Source: a virus
Reading direction: 5' to 3' (one strand)
IMG/VR virus record: IMGVR_UViG_3300038393_003172
Coordinates: 1 to 64,000 of that record
Length of the DNA stretch: 64,000 nucleotides
The notes under the pieces were generated by a model. It worked only from the letters and a program-made list of their open reading frames with translations, had not been told where the DNA came from and did not search any database. How positions within the stretch are numbered: position 1 is the stretch's first letter; each line of letters opens with the position of its first letter. This document shows, one piece after another, positions 32,934 through 45,642 of the stretch. Position numbers and translations under genes: made by a program.

Positions 32934-34685
32934 AGGCCGCCGCCCGCGCGATGAAGCGCCAGCAGGCGCAACGGCCGGTGCTGGCGCTGGTGCCCGCGCC
33001 GGCTCCGCACGCACTGTTGGGGCGGGTGCCTTTTGCCGCCCGCGTTGTAGCGCTGCGCTATGCGCAGCCCCGCCGGTTGCTGCGCCTCCAGATGGCGAAC
33101 TGGTCGCTGAATCGGCGCAAGCTGGTACAGGTGTCGCTGCGCCAGCACGAGGCGCTTGATGCCATCGCAACTGGTCACGGCACTGTGCGTCATGCGCAGG
33201 TGCTCGCGGGCGCCGCCAACATCGCCGTGGTGCTGTGCAATTGGGGCCTTGGCACCGAGCACGAGTTTGCGGTCGTCACCGCGCAGCGCGTGATTCAGGA
33301 ACTGCAGCGTTTCGTGCCGCGCCCAAAGCCAGGGAAGCAGGTGGACCCGCTGGTGCCGCTGGGCAAGCCGGGGGTGTGCCCGCTGGACCGGCTAGGGCTA
33401 GAGGCCGTGGCTGGGCTGCTGCTGGTGCATGACGCGCAGCGCGAGCACGCCGACTGCACGAGAGGCTTGATGGTGCGCGCGGAGCAGGAGGTGCTGCGCC
33501 GCACCTACGTGGACAAGAACATCGTCACGGCCAGCAGCCCGAAGCCTGCGGGCGTCAAGGATGCCAGCGGCAAGACGGTGCTGAAGGCACGCATGGACGG
33601 CGTGGGCCGCATGGTCACCGCCACGCTGCGCCGGCTGCGCACCCTGGTCCAGCCCGAGGACGGCAGCGAACTGGGCCTCGTGATCGCCACCCTGGAGACG
33701 TATTGCTCCGTGGCCGAGGCCGTCATGTCGCAGTGCCCGGCGCAGCTCGTGCGCCAGTGCGCAGAGATGGTTGCGGACGAAGCCGCGAAGGCCGCGGCGC
33801 AAGCAGAAGGAGTTCCTGTATGAGCACAGCAGACCTCGTGGGCGCGATGGTCCACAGCAACGCACTTCAGACCAAGCTCGCGCGCATTGCTGCGGCGACC
33901 TGGCAGGACTACGGATTCGGAGCGCATGCGCTGGTGGCCGCTGATGACCACGAGGTGCTGGTGCTGCTGACCGCGCGTTTTCACGCGCAGGAGCCCGGCA
34001 ACGACCTCTACGTGGTCGACGCCACGGATCGCTGCTACCGGGGCCTGGACAACGCCAAGGCGGCCAGCGTGCGCGATCTGAAGGTGGAGATCGGTCTGCA
34101 ATGAGCTCGTCCTGTCGTGCTGTGGTTATGGTGGTCTCGGCCGCCTTGTTGTCCTACGCCACGCTGCTGGCGACGGACGCCCCCTTTTTACTGTCCGGAG
34201 GGTTGTGATGTGGCTGCCGTGGGTCGATCTGTGCGCCGACTTGTTGGGGCGCTGCTGGTTGTCGTGGGTCTGCTGGGCGCTGCGAGAGCAAAGCAGCGCC
34301 GTGCAGCGCGCCGATGCGCGGTGGTGCGCCCTGATGTTGTCCCAGCAGGTGGTGGCGTGACGCAGGCGCCGCCGCCGCTGCGCGCGCGCTGCAGTGCCGG
34401 CGAGTGGGCCATCGTGACGCGCACGCCTTGGCAGCTTGCTGGCCTGCTGGGGCGTGTGGTGCGCTTGCTGTCTCCCTACGAATCGCAGGGCCGCTTGGCG
34501 TGGTGGTTGGAGAGCGATGTGGCGTTTGTGACCAGCGGCCCCTTCCGTGACAGCGGAGGGCCGGTGCGCGCTGGCGAGAGGATGCGCATCAATGCGATGT
34601 ACGACCAATGGCTGACGCCGCTGCGCGGTGCGCTGGACGTCACGGCCGAGATGCACGAGATGCACCAGATGCAAGGACGGCGCGC

Positions 34686-35204
34686 ATGAGCCAGCACGAC
34701 CCGCTGCAGCCGCAGGTGCTGCGCTTCACGATCTTCGGTGAGGCTTGTTCCAAGGCAAATTCGCGCCAGCAGGTGGACATGCCCAGGAAGGGCGGCGGCA
34801 CGCGCCGCACCAGCATCAAGAGCGAAAAAGCGCTGGCCTTTGAGGCTGATGCGCTGCGCCAGATACCGACCACGGCGCGCAAGCGCCTGACCGGGCCGGT
34901 TCACATCGTCCTGCGCATCTTCTACGCCAGCGAGCGGCCCGACTTGGACGAAAGCCTTGTGCTCGACGTTCTTCAAGACCGCTACACGCTGGTGCCCGCC
35001 GCGGTGGCGCCTGGCGAGAAGCCCAAGAAGAAGCGGCTGCTGATCCAGAACGGCGTCTATTGCAACGACCGCCAGATCAAGCGTCGCGAGGTGCTGTGGG
35101 CACTGGACAAGAAGAACCCGCGCGTGGAGGTCGCGCTGCGGGAAATGCACGACGCCGAGTTGCAGGTCCTGCAGCGCACCGACCTGATGGAGCTTTTCGC
35201 GTGA
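34686..35204 (+). CDS. rusA: RusA-like Holliday junction resolvase
   Basis: G...SKANSR...RPDLD...LD.LQ...VY.NDRQI...DKKNPRVEV. Confidence 0.75.
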   Translation: MSQHDPLQPQVLRFTIFGEACSKANSRQQVDMPRKGGGTRRTSIKSEKALAFEADALRQIPTTARKRLTGPVHIVLRIFYASERPDLDESLVLDVLQDRYTLVPAAVAPGEKPKKKRLLIQNGVYCNDRQIKRREVLWALDKKNPRVEVALREMHDAELQVLQRTDLMELFA

Positions 35205-36760
35205 CCACGCTGCCCAGCACTGCCCACAAATTCGACGAGGACGCGGTGTGCATCCACTGCGGATTCGACGGCGCCGAGTGGTCCCACTGGAAGCGCCACA
35301 CCTATGAGGGCCGCGCAAGCGAAGCCCGACAGCCGCTGTGCGAGCGGCGCCCAACCATGGCCGAGCGCTTGAGCAGGCCCGGTGCATCAGAAACGAATTA
35401 ACTGCGTGCGATTCATTCCAACGAGGCCCCTTCGATGACGAACCCGAACTCAAACCCTCTTGCTGCTCCCTCTGAAATCGGCGAGGTGAAGCAGATGCTC
35501 AAGGCCGTGCTTGAAATGCTGGTGAGGCCCAAGCAGTACCCGGAAATCCCCATCACTCCGCGCGAGTGGGACAAGACGCGTGGGGAGCAGTACCCCGAGA
35601 CCAAGACGCGCCTGACCGCATGGATGGCTCAAAGCCAAAGCGCCGGCCCTGATGCCAAGGTGCCGTTTCCCCCAGACCTGGACCATGCGTACCGCCATGT
35701 CGGCGAGCTGCAGATGGCGCATAGCAACTTCAACGGCGTGTTTGCGCTGGACTTCAATGGCTGCGTGGAGCTGGCGCTGCACATGGTGACCTGGGTGCTG
35801 CAGACCCAGGTGCGCAACCAAGCCGCCGCTCAAGGCCGTCCCGTCGAGGAAGTGTGGGCCGACCTGATGGCGTCCTCCGGTGTTGTCCCGCCTCCGGTCC
35901 CTGTAAGGGGGAATCAGGAAGAACAAGGGCAGCAGGAAACAGCCGCTGGCCAGGACGAAGTGCAGGCCGTCGAAGGGACCGATCCGAACGAAGCGCAGCA
36001 CGTTAATTCGGTTTCAGGGGAGGGCGCGTGAAGCGCATGTTCTGCTTCTCTGGCCGAGAGCTGGCGCTGTTCAGCGTCGCCATCGCACTGATCGCCTCCA
36101 TCAGCGCCAGCCTGATCACATCCATTCGCATCCGCACGTCCGATGAGTGCGTGCCTTTCCCCGATGACAGCTTCGACTTCGAGCCCGTGCGCCGGGCTGG
36201 CTCGATGACGGCATCCATCCACCCCGCGCCGGAGACACTGCAGTGAAGCTCAAGCACTGGATCAAGCACCAGCAGGATTGCCGAGGCAATCCAACACCGG
36301 AGCGCGATAAACGCGCAAAAGAAGTCGCGGCAAGCGACAAGCCATTCGGTGTTCATCTCGACGAAGAAGAAGCCTCCCACTATGTGCAGAGCGTCAGTGA
36401 CACCAGCGACTACGAGGATGCGCTGGCCTGGCACGGCTGGGCGCTGCATGAGGCTTTCCTGGCGGGCATCACCGCCGAGCGTGATCGCGTGCGCATTCAG
36501 GGCGTTATCGACGCCTACATCAACGCCAAGGATGAGCAGGCTTTGAACGATGCCCACGAGGGCATCACCGCATTGGTGAAGGAAAGGTCCGCGTGCATCC
36601 GCCGAACCTTCAACTACGACCGTTCTCGGCGTATCGAGCAATTGATGCGCGCGGCCGGCTTTTCTCTGGACGACACGGACTGGAAGTCGGGGACGTGCTG
36701 GTGGCACAAAAGCAGCGAGAAGCGCACGTTGGTGCTGGCTGACTGGTCAGGAGTTGCCCA

Positions 36761-37531
36761 ATGAACTGGATCGACTCTGCCGCTGCATGGTTCATCGGCG
36801 TGGCGACGTCGCCAGCGGCGCCGTACCTGCTGGTCGCTGCGCTGGTCGTGGTGTTCTTCTCGCTGGTCGCCATCTTCCGTGCATGGCTGGACCTTCAGGA
36901 TGCGAAGAACGCCCTAAATCACAGTGGCCACGTGCCGCCGCGCGCATTGCCCGATCCCCCAGAACGGATCACGGAGCCCCCTTTCGCCGATGCCGTGCTG
37001 CGCACGCTCGGACCTGATGCTGGGCCGCACTTGGCGGGGCGACAGGTATGGGTACGCCGGGCGCCGCCACCACCGGCCAAGGACTGCTGCGGCGCCTGCG
37101 ACGGCACCAAGTGCGGCGACAAGCCGCCGCCCAGCGCCAGCACCATGACGCCCAACGAGCTGCGCAATGCTGCGCTGCGTGCATCGCTGTCGGCCGCGCC
37201 CGGCCGCAACCCTTCGCGCCCGGTGCCCACGCCCAGCCGGCCCGCTGCGCCCGCGCCGGCCGCGCGCCGCCGTGACGATGACGACGACCAGCCCTACCAG
37301 GGCAGCTACTACGGCCAGGCCGCCAGCCGAGCCATCAACGACGATCCGCCGGCGCCAGCGCCGTCTTTCCGCAGCGGCCTGGGTGGCGACTTCGGCGGGG
37401 CCGGCGCGTCCAGCTCGTGGGACGTGCCCAGCAAGTCCTGCGGCTCGTCCACGTCCTCCTATGACAGCGGCTCCAGCAGCAGCGACAACTCCTGCAGCGA
37501 CAGCGGTTCTTCCGGCGGCTCCAGCGACTGA
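36761..37531 (+). CDS. Membrane-anchored protein with Gly/Ser-rich tail
   Basis: N-terminal TM helix; GGDFGGAGASSSWD...SSSD tail. Confidence 0.6.
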   Translation: MNWIDSAAAWFIGVATSPAAPYLLVAALVVVFFSLVAIFRAWLDLQDAKNALNHSGHVPPRALPDPPERITEPPFADAVLRTLGPDAGPHLAGRQVWVRRAPPPPAKDCCGACDGTKCGDKPPPSASTMTPNELRNAALRASLSAAPGRNPSRPVPTPSRPAAPAPAARRRDDDDDQPYQGSYYGQAASRAINDDPPAPAPSFRSGLGGDFGGAGASSSWDVPSKSCGSSTSSYDSGSSSSDNSCSDSGSSGGSSD

Positions 37532-38345
37532 CATGAGCGACATCACTCAATCCATGGCCACCGAGGTCTGCCGCTTCTGCGGTGGCGAAACCGAGCTTCG
37601 GCACGGCAGCTTCGGCGAACGCATCCACAAGCGCCAGCGCCCGCGCGTCGGCACCGCTTGTCCCCACATCCCTGAACTGATCCCGCGCGCGGAGTACGAG
37701 GCGCTGCAGGACGCCAAAGGAGCCGAGTGATGGCTGTTGCATCCACCGCTGCCGCAGTGGCAGCAACCGCCGCTATAGCCGCACGCCGCGCGGAATGTGC
37801 CGTGACGGTCAATGGCTACCAGCACGACAAGGCGACTACGGCAGAGATGCGCCAGTACGCCGACTGCATTGACACGCTGCACCCTGAACAGATTGAGCCC
37901 GGCATCGGCACGCTGGTCGTCTGCACTGTCCTGCTCGCCGGGATGGTGCTTGGAGCGCTTCACGAATGCCTGTGTGAGACGTTCGGTGGGATCTTCGGGC
38001 GCCTCGGCTTCGGAGCGTTCAAGGGGCTCCTTGGCGGCGTCGCGCTCCTGATCGTCGGTGGCCTTGCGCTGCTGGCATGGACTGCATACCTAGGAGTGAC
38101 CGCTTGAACCCCACCCAGCACCGCACCAGCACGCGCGTGCTCGGCGCACCGGCCGGCTGGAACCAGGCCGAGCTGCCCTGCGGCGCCATCGCCATCGCTG
38201 ACCGCGTGGAAGGAACGCTGCGCACTGTCACGACGCACTGGCGCCCCACGGCAGAGGAACTCGCGCTGCTCAATGCCGGCGGGCTTGTGGCTGTCACCAT
38301 GCCTGGCATCACGCTTCCTCCCATGAGGCTGGAGGTCGAATCGCA

Positions 38346-38861
38346 ATGACACCAGCGCGATTGGAAGTGTTGCAAGGTCAACTCACACAGGCAGATCGAA
38401 CGGTGCTCTCCGCAGTGCCTATCGGCGAGGCCTGGACCATGCAGCAGATCCAGCAGGAGCTGGCCCGCCTGGGCCAGGTCAAGGATGTGAGCACGGTCGC
38501 TGGCTGGCTGAACAAGTTGGTGAGCATGCGGCTGGTCAGAGAACCGGCCAGAGGGAAGTTCCAGCGCGCCAAGGTCCGCGAGAAAGAATCCCCCGAGCAG
38601 GCGCCGACACCTCCACAACCCAAGGAGCCCGTGCAAGTGAAAACCACCCCGGCGCCAGCCGCCGAACCAAAGAAGCCTGGACAGCTAGACCGGCTCGCTG
38701 CCATTTCGGCTGACATGCGCAAAGAGGCAGACAGGCTCGTGAAGCTGGCTGACGCCATCGACGCCGCGGCGCTGCTCACCGAAGAAGAAATGGCTGCCGC
38801 TGCCGAGGAAACGAAGAAGCTCAAGAAGCTTGGGGAAATTCTCAAGGAACTAGGCCAATGA
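38346..38861 (+). CDS. Winged-helix-like protein
   Basis: VPIGEAWT..QI...L...V...L..LV...LVREP.RGKFQR. Confidence 0.5.
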   Translation: MTPARLEVLQGQLTQADRTVLSAVPIGEAWTMQQIQQELARLGQVKDVSTVAGWLNKLVSMRLVREPARGKFQRAKVREKESPEQAPTPPQPKEPVQVKTTPAPAAEPKKPGQLDRLAAISADMRKEADRLVKLADAIDAAALLTEEEMAAAAEETKKLKKLGEILKELGQ

Positions 38862-41060
38862 CCACCAAGAATCGCAAAACCTGCTCCACCGACAACGGCC
38901 GCCACTCGTGGAAGTTCGTCGGGAACGTCACGCTCAAAAGCGAAAGCATCGCGTCCTTCAGGATGCGGCATGTCGGCGCACTCCGATGCGTCCACTGCAA
39001 GCTCACCAAGGAAGGCCAGGCGCTGAAGGGCGCGAAGGAACTGACCTTCAAGCAACTGCACCGCGGCAAATCATGAGCGACGCCAACAACATCCCCACGC
39101 ATCCGGTGCAGGTGAAGCGCATCGGCTACGGGCAGCGCGCCCGCGCGCCGCAGGCCGTGACGATGGCGGCTTACGAGGTCTATTGCCACGTCTATGCCCC
39201 GCAAGAAGCGCTTGCGACGGGAGAGTGCCGTGGCGGTTTCGCCGTGAGCGAGCTGATTGCGTTCCTCTACGCGCGCTCCTTTCCGAAAGCGGAGTGGCGT
39301 GCCCGCGTTGACGAGGCATTCAAAGGCATGGAAGGCATCTGATGAGCGACGACACCCTGACCCTGGACGGCTACGGGGCGATCAACTGGCACGGTCAGCC
39401 CCGCATCCTGGCGCACCGTGACCCGATGATGGGCGACATCATCGAGCTGCGCCTTGGCGTGGACACGCCGCAGGGCAGCCGCTATGTCGCGCGCCCCGTG
39501 GTGATGGCGAAGCACGAGCCTGGTCGTCCCATCGCGCCGATGGTGAGCCTCGACATGGGCACCGCTCAGATGCTGATGGACGAGCTCTGGCGCTGCGGCC
39601 TGCGCCCGACCGAGGGCACCGGCTCGGCCGGCGCGCTGGCGGCCACGCAGGCGCACCTGGCCGACATGCGCCGGCTGTGCTTCGAGTTCGTCGGCGTTGA
39701 TGGAAGGAGTGACGATGTTGCTTCGCATCCGTAGAGGCAGCAGTTCCACCGCAGACGTTCCGGGCTTGGCGCTGTTGATCTATGCCGCCTTTCTCGCCGC
39801 CTGCGTCGCGTTCATCTACTTCGCCAACCGAGCCGATGAGAGGCAGACCAGGGAATGCGCCGCACGCAGCGGTCACATCGTCCGCGGGGGGCACATGAAC
39901 CGCAGCCGCTACTGCCTGTTGCCCAATGGAGAACTGACCCGATGAACACCCTTGAGGACATGGCGGCGCAAGCGCAGCGCCACCTCGACGGCAGCCGCGT
40001 GAACACCGACCGCATGGCGAAGAACGTGCTCGTGCTCGTCGAACAGGTCCGAGCGCTTGAGGATCGGCTCTATGCGCTTACGTCCACTGCAGAAACCATC
40101 GCCGAGCCAAAGAACTACAGCAGTGCCCGCGAGGCCATCGACGACATGCTGCGCGGGGCGGGCCTGGGATGAGCGACACACCCGCTGGCGTCGTCGCCAC
40201 CAGCGGCCCCGTGCGCACGCGCGAGGACAACACGCTGCGCCTGCAACTCGCCATCGACCCGGCCCTGGCCAAGATCGCCTTCCGGCTGTTCGGCCAGCGC
40301 GGCACCGCGGTGGCGCTGGCGCTGCTGGGCAAGCCCGAGGTGCCAGCGGTCGAAGCCGCCAGCGCGGCGGTCGAAACCATGGCGAAGGGCGTGATGCGGC
40401 TGTTCGTGGACGTGGAGCCGCGCAATGCCGCCCGTGCCTTCGAGCTGTTCGGAGAGCAGGGCACGCTCATGGCGCTGGCCGCGCTGACGCCCGAGCACCT
40501 GCGCGAGCGCGAGCGCGAGAAGCAGCAGCGCCTGGAAGCGCGCGGCCTGCGCCCGGCCTACCTGGCCGTGCAGTGGTGCAACGACGGCGCCTTCGTGCTC
40601 TGGCTGGCCGGCGCCTACCCGGACGCCTTCCGCTGCGCGCAGGAGTCGAGTCCTGACGGCAAGGGCAGCGATTGGGCTGCTGACTGTATCCGCCAGGTCT
40701 GCGACCTGACGTCACGCGGTCAGCTCGACACCGACGCCGACGCCCGCAGCCGATTCGACCGCAACATCCGCCGCCCCTTCGTGGCCTGGCAACAGGCCCA
40801 AACCACTACCTAAGGAGCCTGACCATGCACCCCATCAAGTTCACCAGCGACATCGAACTGCCCGAGTGGATTGTTGCCGAGCAGATCGTGAGTTTCCGAT
40901 GCGTACCCAACAACTTGACGAGCGTCTATCTCGCAAACGGCAAGTACGTCTTCGTGCGGGAGACGCCGGAAGAAGTGGCGAAGCGCATCACGGATGCGGT
41001 GACGCCGCACGCTAGTCCCAAAGCATCCCTACTGTCGCGCCTTACCCGTGGAGCCTTTGC

Positions 41061-41666
41061 ATGAGCACGTTGATAGTCGTCGCCTTGGTCCTGCTGAACC
41101 TGGGCATCAGCTACTGGAACGCCCGTGTGTGCGGGCAGGTCTGGAACGAGGTCAAGGCCCTTGGCGGCTGGATGCGCGTCGTCGTGTGGAGCGGCGCGGT
41201 GCAGTCGGCCGTGGGCTTCTCGTCGGTGCTGCTGCTGGCGCTGGGCGGCTTGGCCTATGTCACCGGCTACCTGCCAGCCGAGTACGCGCGGCGCATGACA
41301 AGCCTGTGGTACGTGCTGGTGATCATTCCGGCGCTCATGACAGGCTGGGTGCTCACGATCCACTCATGGATCGTGCTCTGGCGCGAGCGGTCGTTGATGG
41401 ACCTCGCAGCGGCAAGCTGGAATACCTTCGCCAGCCTTAAGAACACATACGACGCGGTGCAGCACATGGGCGGCGCGATGGACAGCGCGGGAAGCCTGTT
41501 CGGTGACCTTTTTGACGATGTAGACGACCCCAAGGCAGCGCTGGCGCTGCTGTGCTTGGTGATCGTGGTGTCATCGATCCTCGGCGGCGTGCTGCTAACC
41601 TGGCTCATCATCAGGAAGCACCGCGGCACGCTGGCACTGCCGAAGCTGCAAAGGAGCGCGGCGTGA
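41061..41666 (+). CDS. Multi-pass membrane protein
   Basis: Four hydrophobic segments. Confidence 0.65.
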   Translation: MSTLIVVALVLLNLGISYWNARVCGQVWNEVKALGGWMRVVVWSGAVQSAVGFSSVLLLALGGLAYVTGYLPAEYARRMTSLWYVLVIIPALMTGWVLTIHSWIVLWRERSLMDLAAASWNTFASLKNTYDAVQHMGGAMDSAGSLFGDLFDDVDDPKAALALLCLVIVVSSILGGVLLTWLIIRKHRGTLALPKLQRSAA

Positions 41667-43488
41667 CAGCCGACCTGTTCCCCCAGGCCGCGCCAGCGGC
41701 CTACACCTGCAGCTCCTGCGGCGCCTCGCTGGCTGACGAGGAAGCCGTGCTCATGCACTGCTGCCCGACCCGGCTGCCGCTGATCGCCGAGGCCGCGCGT
41801 CTGAAGCTCGATCCTGGCGACGTGCTGGTGCTGCGCATCGAAGGGCCGCCTCTGTCCAAAGAAGGACACGAATGTGCGAAGCGCTGGCTTGCGGATCAAC
41901 TGCCGCCGGGCATCCACACGCTGATTCTCAGCAGCAGGGAGTCGCTGCAGGTCATCAAGGCGCCTACCGCAGAGGCCGCGCCATGAGCGGATCGAACTGC
42001 CGCCTCACGCGCAAGGCCGTCAACATGAAGCGCTTCCTGCGCCAGCACGCGGCCAAGGCCAAGCGTGCCCAAGAGCGGGCGGAAAGCCTAAACAGGTTTT
42101 TCGAACTCGCGGCCCGTCCGATGCGGATCCAGCCAACACCGCGCCGCTCCTGGCTGTCTCGCCTCACTTTCGGAGTCCTTGGATGAAAACCACCGTTCAA
42201 CGCGCGCTGTGGGCCTTCAAGCTCAAGGTCACCGTGCTGCGCCACCCTCTGCCGCCGGCCCCGGCCCTGGCGCCTGAGTCACAACACGAACCCAAGCCAG
42301 CCACGCGCGCTGATTTCAAGGTGCTGGTCAACGGTCGGCCTGTCGATGTGGTGACGCGCTGGGAGCCCGTGCCCGGCGGCCCCGAGCACCACAAGCGCCT
42401 CAAGGTGACGATCCCCGAAGGCACGCTGAAGGTGGGCGGTCCGCTGCGGGTGCAGGAGCTGGTGGACGCTTACATCAAGGCTACTGCCGACGAACCCGGC
42501 GAGTTGGATCACCTGGCTGCTTTCCAGCGGTTCCACCTGGGCGAGCCGTACCCGTACAAGGTCGGCGTGGACCTGGGCTCGGGCGACGACTTCACTTACA
42601 TGTGGACTGAGCCGCGCCATGGCGGCTACGTCAAGCCCGAGTGGTTCAAGAATGGCGGCGAGCACGGCGGCGGCGTGCGCCTGGTAGGCGAATCCGCCCC
42701 TAAGCTGGAGCGCCAGGTGGGCAGGACCAGCCGGCAGATGCTGGACGCGCCCATCGGCGCGGCGTTCCTGTGGCTGCGCGACGAGTTGAGCTACCCGCGC
42801 AACCTGGCCCGCCACCTCGGCCGCACGGACCTCAAGATCGTGGGGCCTTCGTGGCTACAGCACGGCTGGCGCGGCCTGCGCCTGCCCGCGCTGGTGCTGG
42901 ACCACGCCGCGTGGGGGCGGTTGACCCGCATCCAGCACGACATGCTCGACAACGCCATGGACTACATCGGCAGCCGCCCGCACCCCGTGGTGTCGTGGCC
43001 GCGCCGCGCCGGCAAGGCCACGGCACTGCAGGCCCTGGAAGCTGCCCAGCGGGAGCGCTGGTGCCGCGACCTCGACCGCGAAATACGCCTCCCGGCGAGC
43101 TGGAACCTTGATGACCTTGAAGGCAGTTCCTGCGACTGACCGCGTTCAAGAATAATTGAACAAAACGCGCATCTTAGTTCAAACATAGGTGAACAAACAC
43201 CCGATCATGAGCGACACCGTTGCCCCCCAAGCCGAAGCCTCCGTCCCCATAGCCGTGCCGGCGCCAACGCTGTCTGAACTGCGCAGCGCGCGGCAGACGT
43301 TGGAGCTCGACATCCAAGGCGCCATCGCCTGCCTGTTGCGCTCCTTCCACGACCGCACTGGCGTCTCCGTCACCGATGTGGATCTGCGGCTGCAAAAGAT
43401 CTGGCCCACCAACCAGCCGCCGAGGCACACCGTTATCGGCGTGCGCGTTGCGCTCGATATCTGACACTCCAACGGCCCCGGGGAAGTT

Positions 43489-44415
43489 ATGACCGACGCA
43501 GCCGCCGCCAAAGTCACCACAGAGGAACACTATGCCCGCGCCATAGGCGCGCACAGGCTCGTGGTGGACTTCAACGCCATCAGCGCGGTGGACGACCTGA
43601 TCCTGATGGGATGGCTGCGGGCCGGCGCCGTGCAGCGCATGCGCGAACGCCGGCGCGCGCGGCGCAACGGCGAGCCGGTGCCCCGGGCAGCACGAGGTCC
43701 AGCGCCAGCCCTCGGCTCAGACGAACTGCTGAACGCCGCAGCGCAGGTGCCCGAGAACCTGGCACCGCTGCTGTTTCGGCTGGCTGTTGAATGGGGCAAC
43801 GTGCGCGGCACCCACGAGCTGGCCCTGAAGCGCCAGCGCGAGTTGGAGAGCGGCGTCCAACTGCTCGCCAAGGAAATCGGCCGCCAACTGGCGCAGCCGG
43901 GCTACGACAAGGCCGTGGTGGACGATCAGGTCAAGACCATGAAGTCGATACGCGACCAGGCCGAGCGCGAGGCCACCACCGAGGCCCTGCTGATGCTCTC
44001 CGAGCTGCGCACGCTGGCCCCGGCGCGCGAGGCCCTGGGCCGCTGGGCGGCGGTGCAGGCATCGCGGTTTCCGCTCGCGGGGCTGCCGAAGAACGCGACG
44101 CACAAGCAGGTGGTGAACGCGGCCCGTAAGAACAGCATAAGCAACGAGGCTGTCGCGGCGCTGTCCGGCCGCGTGCTCAAGGCGTTCCTCGATCCGCGCT
44201 GCCGCCCGTGCGGCGGCATCGGCACGAAGGGGGGCTATGGCGCTCCGATCCTGAAGTGCGGGGCCTGCCGCGGCAGCGGGCTTGTGCGCGAGTCGCTTGG
44301 CGAGACAGATGCGGAGCGCCGCTTCGCGCGCTTCATGCTCGACAGCATGCAGGAGATGGTGCTGAAGGTGCAGGGCAGCATGAAGGCGCTGCTGTACGCG
44401 GAGCAAACGGCATGA
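43489..44415 (+). CDS. Q-like antitermination protein (Zn finger)
   Basis: DPRCRPCGG.G...CGACRGSG; near the end of the rightward early operon. Confidence 0.6.
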   Translation: MTDAAAAKVTTEEHYARAIGAHRLVVDFNAISAVDDLILMGWLRAGAVQRMRERRRARRNGEPVPRAARGPAPALGSDELLNAAAQVPENLAPLLFRLAVEWGNVRGTHELALKRQRELESGVQLLAKEIGRQLAQPGYDKAVVDDQVKTMKSIRDQAEREATTEALLMLSELRTLAPAREALGRWAAVQASRFPLAGLPKNATHKQVVNAARKNSISNEAVAALSGRVLKAFLDPRCRPCGGIGTKGGYGAPILKCGACRGSGLVRESLGETDAERRFARFMLDSMQEMVLKVQGSMKALLYAEQTA

Positions 44416-44809
44416 GACGTGGCATCGACTGGCCCATGTGGCTCCTGGCTGCCTTCGTGGTCGGCGTGCTGTCGGTTATCGCTGTCGGAGCGCTTAGGAC
44501 GACGCAGGCCCAGCGCCGCGAGTGCCTGGCGCGCGGCGGGGAGTTCGTGGACGGGGGGCGGGCCAGCCCGCTATGCCTAAAACCAGGGTCGGTGCTGCGC
44601 TGAACTGAAATCCCACAGCCCCGCTTCCGGCCATCCTGGGCGCCAGCCCGCGGCCAAAGGGGCTTGCCAGCCGGCGGTGCGAGAAACACCGGCCAAGCCG
44701 CGACGCGCGTGAACAAGCCTCCCGGGTAGTCTCCACCGGGGGGAGGCGGGCGCGGCAGTCGCCCCGGCCCTGGGGCGCACGCTGCGCCGACAGTACCAAC
44801 TGCCGGCAC

Positions 44810-44837
44810 AAGAAAGCCCGCTTGAGCGGGCTTTCTT
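44810..44837. terminator. Bidirectional intrinsic terminator
   Basis: AAGAAAGCCCGC-TTGA-GCGGGCTTTCTT perfect inverted repeat between convergent blocks. Confidence 0.85.
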
Positions 44838-45042
44838 ACTCCACACTCACCCCCCGGTGCAGAGGGGGGAGTGCTTTCAAGTAGTTGCGTGGACTATGGC
44901 ACTGCGGGCATAGACTGCGCCCCACCCCAGGTGAGGTGTGGCAGGTGCGGCGGTGACACCGCGCCGCTGGGTATGGCCCCGAATATCGCGTCGAATAGGG
45001 CAACTGCCACGCAGTGACGCGCCGCCCTCACCGTCTCATTAT

Positions 45043-45642
45043 TCATCGTCGCCAACTGCTGCGGGCGCTGCTGGGCAGCGTGCTGCGGGACCAGGTGGGC
45101 AGCCGAAACGTGCAGCGCAGGCTGAAGCTGGCCCTGGACGGTTGATCATGCTTCTTGCACGCGCCGTGGACTACTTGGTCAGCAATGTTGTCGATGTAGC
45201 GCACGATCCTCAGCGCCCCAAGATCCCGCAACATTTCCACGGCCTCTGTCGCCGCACAGGCGCCGGTGAGCACCGAGTATGGGTCGCCCGGCAAGGGCGT
45301 CCATCGTTTGCGCAGGCGATGTTCGATGACGAAGGTTACGTTCGCATCGGGCAGTGATGGCCCGCGGCGGCGCAGCGCAGAGGTTTCCTTGGGCATTTCT
45401 ACTTCCATGCGCGGCACCAACACAAAGCCCGGGTGCTGGCCCGTCTTGAGTTGAAAGTAAGCCCACCGTACCGGGTCCATCTTTGCTTTCGGAGTTCCGT
45501 CTGGCTTCCTCCGTTCGCAGTTGCTCCAGGTCATTACCTCCTTAATGCTTACTATGTCGCATGCCTGCCCCTGCGATAGATTGGCCCTAAGACGCCCGTT
45601 CCTAACTTCCTCGGGTGTTGGAACAGGCAGGCGCATTTCCAT
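45043..45642 (-). CDS. KorC-like/XRE HTH regulator (copy 2)
   Basis: PTPEEVR..RL.A.LSQ.QA......W...E...W..F.LKTGQHP; lower GC than its neighbours. Confidence 0.55.
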   Translation of the reverse strand: MEMRLPVPTPEEVRNGRLRANLSQGQACDIVSIKEVMTWSNCERRKPDGTPKAKMDPVRWAYFQLKTGQHPGFVLVPRMEVEMPKETSALRRRGPSLPDANVTFVIEHRLRKRWTPLPGDPYSVLTGACAATEAVEMLRDLGALRIVRYIDNIADQVVHGACKKHDQPSRASFSLRCTFRLPTWSRSTLPSSARSSWRR

